NCBI GenBank assembly: GCA_041667545.1
Contig: JBAYES010000002.1
Coordinates: 5,035 to 69,034, forward strand
Source of the DNA: Candidatus Omnitrophota bacterium
GTDB lineage: Bacteria; Omnitrophota; Gorgyraeia; Tantalellales; Tantalellaceae
Direction: 5' to 3'
Length of the DNA: 64,000 nt
Part shown: one piece after another, positions 58,710 to 64,000 of the stretch
Position numbering within the stretch: position 1 is the first letter of the stretch
Layout of the letters: each line of letters begins with the position of its first letter
The notes under the pieces: generated by a model
What the model saw: only the letters and a program-made list of their open reading frames with translations
Database searches by the model: none
Told to the model about the DNA's origin: nothing
Position numbers and translations under genes: made by a program

Positions 58710-59087
58710 ATGACTAAATTAAGACAGCTTTACAGATGCAATGTATGCGGGAATGTGGTAGAGGTGCTTAACGAAGGGGCGCCTGATCTTCATTGCTGCG
58801 GAGAGGCTATGAAGGAACTTGAGGCCAGAACCCGGGATGAGGGGCTCGAAAAGCATGTGCCGGTCGTGGAAGAGAAGGGAAACGGAATAATCGTCAAGGT
58901 CGGAAGCGTAGCGCACCCTATGGAAGAAAAACACTATATAAAATTTATAGAGGTAATGACGAAAGATAAGGTAATGAAGGCCGAACTCAAGCCGGGAGAT
59001 AGCCCCGAAGCGGAATTCCCGGTAGGAAAACAGGATCTCACTGGTGTTAGAGAGTTCTGTAATATTCATATGCTCTGGAAAGCGTAG
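58710..59087 (+). CDS. dfx: desulfoferrodoxin (2Fe superoxide reductase)
   Basis: about 125 aa from ATG 58710 (RBS AAAGGAGGGG); N-terminal desulforedoxin 'CNVCGNVV...LHCCGE', centre II 'HVPV' and 'CNIHMLW'. Confidence 0.75.
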   Translation: MTKLRQLYRCNVCGNVVEVLNEGAPDLHCCGEAMKELEARTRDEGLEKHVPVVEEKGNGIIVKVGSVAHPMEEKHYIKFIEVMTKDKVMKAELKPGDSPEAEFPVGKQDLTGVREFCNIHMLWKA

Positions 59088-59152
59088 ACAGGGCAAGTTA
59101 TTAACAGCGAGAAGATCACAAAAAACACAGGATCAAACCGAAAGGAGAAGAG

Positions 59153-59728
59153 ATGGCAAGTTTAAAAGGAACAAGGACAGAAAAGAACCTTCTTGCGGCT
59201 TTCGCGGGAGAATCTCAGGCGAGGAACAGGTATACGTATTTTGCCGGAGTGGCCAAAAAGGCGGGGTATGAACAAATAGCCGCGGTATTTCTTGAGACCG
59301 CCGATAACGAAAAAGAACATGCCAAAATGTTCTTCAAACATCTTGAGGGAGGAGAAGTTGAGATAACCGCGAGCTATCCGGCGGGTAAAATCGGCGATAC
59401 CTCAGAAAATCTTCTCGCGGCGGCCGACGGTGAAAAAATGGAATGGACTTCCATCTATAAGGATTTTGAAGCCGTTGCCAAAGAGGAAGGATTTGACAAC
59501 GTGGCCGAGACCTTCCATGAAATAGCCGAAGTAGAAGAGGAACATGAAAAGAGGTACAGGACTCTTCTAAAGAACCTGAAAGAGGGGAAAGTATTTGTAA
59601 GAGACAATGACGTTAAATGGCATTGCCGCAATTGCGGTTATGTGCATGAGGGCAAGGAGGCTCCTAAGGTGTGCCCGGCATGCAAGCACCCGCAGGCGCA
59701 TTACGAAATACTCGCTGAAAACTATTGA
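59153..59728 (+). CDS. rbr: rubrerythrin
   Basis: 191 aa; di-iron ferritin-like 'EKNLLAAFAGESQARNRY', C-terminal rubredoxin-like 'CRNCGYVHEG...CPACKH'. Confidence 0.8.
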   Translation: MASLKGTRTEKNLLAAFAGESQARNRYTYFAGVAKKAGYEQIAAVFLETADNEKEHAKMFFKHLEGGEVEITASYPAGKIGDTSENLLAAADGEKMEWTSIYKDFEAVAKEEGFDNVAETFHEIAEVEEEHEKRYRTLLKNLKEGKVFVRDNDVKWHCRNCGYVHEGKEAPKVCPACKHPQAHYEILAENY

Positions 59729-59767
59729 TAGTCGATATGGTATCGTAAAGTTTTGAGGAAGGTGAAT

Positions 59768-60247
59768 ATGGCAAAAATATTTTCGGCATGTGAAATAATA
59801 GAAATGGGGATACAGATAGAAAAGAACGGCAAGAGGTTTTACGAAAAACTGGCGGAACTGGCCGAAGATGAGCATGCGGAAAAGGCATTACGGTCTCTGG
59901 CAGCCGCGGAGGAAGATCATGTAAAAGTTTTCAGGGATATTTTTAAAGCTTCATGCGCTTATGATCCCGAAGGGGCGTATCCGGAAGAATATTTCTCTTA
60001 CATGAGAAGCCTTGCGTCGCAATACGTATTCACAAAAGAAGGGGAGGGAGAAAAGGCCGCTTCGCTTCTTAAAACGTACAGCCAGGGTATTTTCCTGGGG
60101 ATATCTTTTGAAAAGGATTCGATACTTTTCTACGAGGAAATGAAAAAATTCGTTCCTGCATCAGAAAGGGAAAAGATAGATATTCTCATAGAGAATGAAA
60201 AGGAGCATCTAAATGTTCTTGTAAGAATGAAGGAGGATCAAAAATGA
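59768..60247 (+). CDS. ferritin-like/rubrerythrin-like di-iron domain protein
   Basis: about 159 aa from ATG 59768; E-x-x-H motifs 'EDEHAEKALRSLAAAEEDH'; start refined to ATG after GAGGAAGGTG. Confidence 0.4.
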   Translation: MAKIFSACEIIEMGIQIEKNGKRFYEKLAELAEDEHAEKALRSLAAAEEDHVKVFRDIFKASCAYDPEGAYPEEYFSYMRSLASQYVFTKEGEGEKAASLLKTYSQGIFLGISFEKDSILFYEEMKKFVPASEREKIDILIENEKEHLNVLVRMKEDQK

Positions 60248-60477
60248 AAAATGTGAAGGTATATTCCACGCCCACCTGCCCCTATTGTATAAAGGTAAAA
60301 AGGTTTCTTGAAGAATCCGGGGTGGAGTATGAGGAAAAGGACGTGGCTTCCGATAAGGATGCAGCGGATGAAGCCGTTAAAAAATCCGGGCAGATGGGGG
60401 TTCCGGTTATCGATATCGAAGGCGAGATAATTGTGGGTTTTGATAAAGATGCCATCACCTCGGCCTTAGGGCTATAA
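60244..60477 (+). CDS. glutaredoxin-like small redox protein (CPYC active site)
   Basis: 77 aa; 'VKVYSTPTCPYCIKVKRFLEESGVEYEEKDV'. Confidence 0.6.
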   Translation: MKNVKVYSTPTCPYCIKVKRFLEESGVEYEEKDVASDKDAADEAVKKSGQMGVPVIDIEGEIIVGFDKDAITSALGL

Positions 60478-60501
60478 AAGCTATAGCGGGGGAACGATTA
60501 A

Positions 60502-61422
60502 GTGGACAAGCTTTATGATCTCATAATAGTGGGCGCGGGGCCGGCGGGGATAACGGCAAGTGTTTATGCCGCCAGAAAGAGAATGGCCTTGAAGGTGCTT
60601 ACAGAGGACATAGGCGGCCAGACTGTGTGGAGCGGGGACATAGAGAATTATACCGGATACCAGTTCATAAGCGGTGTGGATCTCGCTGGGAAGTTCGAAG
60701 AACATATTAAACAGTATTCCATAGAAGTGGGAGAGGAAGAGCCGGTAGTAGCCATAAAGAAGAAAGGTACGAAGATACATACTTTTACGGACAAGGGTGA
60801 GTATGTCTCGAAAACATTGATAGTAGCTTCCGGGAAAAGGTCTAAGGAGCTGAATGTACCGGGAGAAAAAGAGTTCAGACAGAGGGGCCTTGCGTATTGC
60901 GCCACATGCGACGGCCCTCTTTTTTCAGATAAAGATGTAGCTGTTATAGGAGGCGGTAATTCGGCTCTTGAGTCGGCAATACAGCTCTCGCGCATAGCTA
61001 AGACCGTGCACATAATAAATATAGCTCCCAAGCTTACAGGGGATGCCATAATGGTAGAAAAACTGGAAAAAGACCCTAAAGTGTCTATAATGAACGAAAG
61101 CAGGGTAACGGCCGTAAAAGGCGACAAGTTCGTGTCCGGCATCGATATAGAGAGTTCCGGAGAAAGTCAGGTTTTACGGGTTCAAGGGGTTTTTGTGGAA
61201 ATCGGCCTTTCCCCTAACACGAAGTTTGAAAGCGAGATCGAGCTGAATGATCTGGGAGAAATAAAGGTAAATAACCGCAACGAGACCAATATTCCCGGGG
61301 TGTTCGCGTCGGGCGATGTTACCGACGTTCCGGAGAAACAGATAATAATTGCCGCCGGGGAAGGGGCAAAAGCCGCTTTAAGCGCGTTTAACTACATATC
61401 GAGGGCCGTAGAATGGTCCTGA
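60502..61422 (+). CDS. trxB: thioredoxin-disulfide reductase-like FAD/NAD(P)H oxidoreductase
   Basis: 306 aa; 'YDLIIVGAGPAGITASVYAARK', redox 'CATCDG', second Rossmann 'VAVIGGGNSALE'. Confidence 0.75.
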   Translation: MDKLYDLIIVGAGPAGITASVYAARKRMALKVLTEDIGGQTVWSGDIENYTGYQFISGVDLAGKFEEHIKQYSIEVGEEEPVVAIKKKGTKIHTFTDKGEYVSKTLIVASGKRSKELNVPGEKEFRQRGLAYCATCDGPLFSDKDVAVIGGGNSALESAIQLSRIAKTVHIINIAPKLTGDAIMVEKLEKDPKVSIMNESRVTAVKGDKFVSGIDIESSGESQVLRVQGVFVEIGLSPNTKFESEIELNDLGEIKVNNRNETNIPGVFASGDVTDVPEKQIIIAAGEGAKAALSAFNYISRAVEWS

Positions 61423-62090
61423 CCGCGGCTAAAAATGAAAAGATCTTCTATGTGTCCGGGATAAAAAATCTTGTCAGGGAATATGCTGAACGAGGGCCGG
61501 CCATAAGGAAAAGATTACGTGATTTTGTAAAGGTATGGGACCTGCCAGATGAAAAGATCTTTTCGGAACTGTGTTTTTGCATATGTACCCCGCAGTCTAA
61601 AGCCGTGTATTGCGACAAGGCCGTTAAGGGCCTCGAAAAAAGCGGCCAGCTTTTTACAGGCGGTATCGAAGAAATACGGAACGGCCTTACTGCTGTGCGG
61701 TTCCCCAACAACAAAGCGCGTTACATATTTTCTGCCAGAGAATCTTTTTCCGTATCCGGACGCGTTGAGATAAAGAAAACGATAAATACCGCTGATATTC
61801 CCGGGACACGGGATGATCTTGTAAGGAAAGTAAAAGGTATAGGATATAAAGAGGCAAGTCACTTTCTTCGGAATATCGGTCATGGCGGGGATCTTGCTAT
61901 TCTTGATGTTCACATAATAAAGAACATGGTACGCTACGGACTTCTTGATAGAACGCCTTCATGTATATCAAAGTCCTGTTATCTGGAAATGGAAGAGAGC
62001 CTGAAAAGGTTTTCCGTGAAAGTCGGGATACCCATGGGTGAGCTTGATATACTTTTCTGGTCCATAGAGACCGGAGTGATATTCAAGTAA
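61413..62090 (+). CDS. 8-oxoguanine DNA glycosylase/AP lyase (Ogg2-type HhH-GPD)
   Basis: 225 aa; HhH 'VKGIGYKEASHFLRNIGHGGDLAILDVHI' with catalytic Lys/Asp spacing. Confidence 0.55.
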   Translation: MVLTAAKNEKIFYVSGIKNLVREYAERGPAIRKRLRDFVKVWDLPDEKIFSELCFCICTPQSKAVYCDKAVKGLEKSGQLFTGGIEEIRNGLTAVRFPNNKARYIFSARESFSVSGRVEIKKTINTADIPGTRDDLVRKVKGIGYKEASHFLRNIGHGGDLAILDVHIIKNMVRYGLLDRTPSCISKSCYLEMEESLKRFSVKVGIPMGELDILFWSIETGVIFK

Positions 62091-62104
62091 GCGGGGAGAA
62101 AAAA

Positions 62105-63175
62105 GTGGGGATTATAACCGGAATCTTTGAAGCTTCATATGATCTTTTCAGAAGGATGGCGCCGTTCCTTCTCTTCGGGTATTTTTTTGCCGGCATGCTG
62201 CATGTTTTTCTGAAAAAAGGCGCGATTTTCTCGCATTTGGGGAAGAATGATCTAAAGTCCGTTATTAAGGCGTCGCTTTTCGGGGTTCCTCTTCCTCTTT
62301 GTTCCTGCGCTGTCATTCCGGCGGCAATGTCCTTGAGAAAAGAAGGGGCTTCCAAAGGTGCGGTTCTGTCTTTTCTTATCTCTACTCCTACTACCGGGGT
62401 GGATTCTATATTTGCCACTTATTCCCTTCTCGGGGCTTTTTTCGCTGTTTATAGAGTTATCGCGTCTTTTATCACGGGGATATTTTCAGGCACTCTTGCG
62501 AACTTATTTTTAAAAAAGGACGATGGGGGGCAATTATCGGCCGACGTTAAATGCGGGGCATGCGGGAGCGATATCGAAAAAAAGACCGCCAAGAGCGTTA
62601 CTGGACGTATAAAAGAGGTTTTCAGATATGCGTATATTGACCTTCTGAAAGACACGGGCCCGTCCTTATTGCTGGGAATATTTCTGGGAGGAGCCATATC
62701 TTTTCTTATGCCCAAAGAACTTGTAGAGACGCATCTGGGATCCGGTATTCTGCCCATGGCGGTAATGCTGGCCGCAGGACTTCCCATGTATGTGTGCGCA
62801 ACGGCCTCCATTCCCATAGCAGCCGCACTTGTGGCTAAAGGGCTTGCTCCCGGAGCCGCATTCGTGTTCCTGGTGGCGGGTCCGGCTACAAATATCGTTA
62901 CGATGTCCGTTGTAGCTAAAAGCATGGGGAAGAAAGCCCTTGCAATATATTTGGTTTCAATTATTTTTTGCGCGGTCTCCATGGGGGCGGGGCTTGATAT
63001 GTTCTGGGAGCATTCAGGACTTAACGAGGCCTTCTTTCTTCCGCATCATGAGGCGGGATCTTCCCCCGGATGGACGGGTTCAGCGGCGGGTCTTATACTA
63101 TTTGCTCTCATCGCAAAAGATCTTTTAAACCGTTTATTTTCGTTTCTAAGAGCGCATATAAAAACACAGGAATAG
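62105..63175 (+). CDS. predicted permease (DUF318/ArsP-like) with cytoplasmic CxxC loop
   Basis: 356 aa; about 8 TM; 'PLPLCSCAVIPAAMSL' and 'CGACGS'. Confidence 0.45.
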   Translation: MGIITGIFEASYDLFRRMAPFLLFGYFFAGMLHVFLKKGAIFSHLGKNDLKSVIKASLFGVPLPLCSCAVIPAAMSLRKEGASKGAVLSFLISTPTTGVDSIFATYSLLGAFFAVYRVIASFITGIFSGTLANLFLKKDDGGQLSADVKCGACGSDIEKKTAKSVTGRIKEVFRYAYIDLLKDTGPSLLLGIFLGGAISFLMPKELVETHLGSGILPMAVMLAAGLPMYVCATASIPIAAALVAKGLAPGAAFVFLVAGPATNIVTMSVVAKSMGKKALAIYLVSIIFCAVSMGAGLDMFWEHSGLNEAFFLPHHEAGSSPGWTGSAAGLILFALIAKDLLNRLFSFLRAHIKTQE

Positions 63176-63189
63176 AAGGGAGATAAAAT

Positions 63190-63909
63190 ATGCAGGATCT
63201 GTCGTTCGGGGTAGCGTTCCTTGCCGGGATTTTCTCTTTTCTCTCGCCTTGCGTTCTGCCTCTTGTCCCCGGCTACATTTCTTTTGTTTCCGGGGTATCT
63301 TTTGATGAACTGAAAGGCAGTCTATCCGGAAGAAGAACAATGTGGCGCTCGGTCACGATGTCCGTTTTTTTCGTATTAGGCTTTTCTATGGTCTTCGTGG
63401 CGCTTGGCGCTACGGCAACATCTTTGGGGCAGGTGCTCACGCGGCATATACATATTTTTACCAGGGCCGCTGGAATACTCATAATAGTTCTGGGAGTACA
63501 TCTTTCGGGAATAGTCCGCATTCCCATTCTGGAACATTATAAGAAAATGGAAGTTTCTCCTCGGCGCCGCGGGATTCTGGGAGCTCTTTTTGTGGGGTTT
63601 GCCTTTGCTTTCGGGTGGTCGCCCTGTGTCGGGCCCCTTCTCGGCGGCATTCTCGCTGTCGCGGCCACAGAGAATACCGTTATACGTGGAATAATGCTTC
63701 TTTCGGCATATTCCCTGGGTCTCGGGATACCGTTCATTCTTACAGCTTTTGCCATAGGCACTTTTATGCGGTTTTTTGAGAAATACAGGAGATTCATAAG
63801 GCGGGGCGAGATCGTCGCGGGTATATTTTTGATCGTGGTTGGGGCGCTTATCTTTTTAGACAAGCTAAGCGCGGTGACATATTCAATACAGAGCCTTTTC
63901 ACGGGATAA
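63190..63909 (+). CDS. ccdA: cytochrome c-type biogenesis protein CcdA (DsbD transmembrane domain)
   Basis: 239 aa; 'FLSPCVLPLVPGYISF' and second 'SPCVGPLLG' cysteine motifs. Confidence 0.7.
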   Translation: MQDLSFGVAFLAGIFSFLSPCVLPLVPGYISFVSGVSFDELKGSLSGRRTMWRSVTMSVFFVLGFSMVFVALGATATSLGQVLTRHIHIFTRAAGILIIVLGVHLSGIVRIPILEHYKKMEVSPRRRGILGALFVGFAFAFGWSPCVGPLLGGILAVAATENTVIRGIMLLSAYSLGLGIPFILTAFAIGTFMRFFEKYRRFIRRGEIVAGIFLIVVGALIFLDKLSAVTYSIQSLFTG

Positions 63910-63930
63910 GTTGTTTGGGTTTCATCATAA

Positions 63931-64000
63931 TAGGGTTCTGAAAAATGTCGTTTTCACGTCGTTGCGAGGGAGCGAAGCGACCTAAGTCCTTCGTCCCGCG
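63931..64000. repeat. MITE-like element family A (copy 10, truncated by window end)
   Basis: TAGGGTTCTGAAAAATGTCGTTTTCACGTCGTTGCGAGGGAGCGAAGCGACC... Confidence 0.6.

Overview
This 64 kb window is from a strictly anaerobic bacterium, about 50% GC with strong AGGAGG-type Shine-Dalgarno sites. All 55 supported genes lie on the + strand. In order the window carries:
- a CcdA/DsbD-like membrane protein;
- an Rrf2 regulator with metY and cysK (sulfur amino acids);
- a methyltransferase and a 59-aa tautomerase;
- an 84-aa ACT/NikR-C-like ORF resembling the TM1266-type iron-only hydrogenase system regulator;
- rex, with a perfect Rex operator upstream of it;
- a Cache-HAMP histidine kinase;
- a multimeric NuoE/NuoF-associated [FeFe]-hydrogenase operon (2Fe-2S protein, hydB, hydA, hydC) plus the maturase hydG;
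- an orphan receiver domain translationally coupled to a secreted GH5-like protein;
- a nitrogen-assimilation block: glnN (glutamine synthetase type III), a GAF-ANTAR regulator, an outer-membrane protein, two amtB copies, glnK, carAB, purF, pyrG, a Fis-type HTH, gltBD;
- a PPDK_N-like ATP-grasp protein and a lipoprotein;
- nfnAB and gdhA;
- a TPP-riboswitch-controlled thi operon: a thiE-thiS fusion, thiG, thiH, thiF and a PP-loop ATPase;
- hydE next to nifS and nifU;
- an oxygen/ROS-defence island: rubredoxin, ferritin, a flavodiiron protein, desulfoferrodoxin, rubrerythrin, glutaredoxin, trxB, an OGG-like glycosylase, a permease and ccdA.
The window is dense with non-coding structure.
- A MITE-like inverted-repeat family (TIR TAG(G/A)GTTCTGCAAAAT, 150-215 bp) has at least 10 copies. 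Four copies (8217, 21428, 23119, 56374) carry recognisable 10-bp target-site duplications.
- A second nested inverted-repeat element with perfect 28-bp terminal inverted repeats sits between hydE and nifS.
- Two near-identical arrays of five roughly 22-bp direct repeats, each ending in a conserved hairpin, lie immediately upstream of the hydrogenase-regulator-like ORF and of gltB.
- HydA has non-canonical H-cluster motifs: TSCSSAW and MCCTAKK.
- An ANTAR-like dual hexaloop plus terminator leader precedes the amtB-glnK operon, right after the GAF-ANTAR gene.
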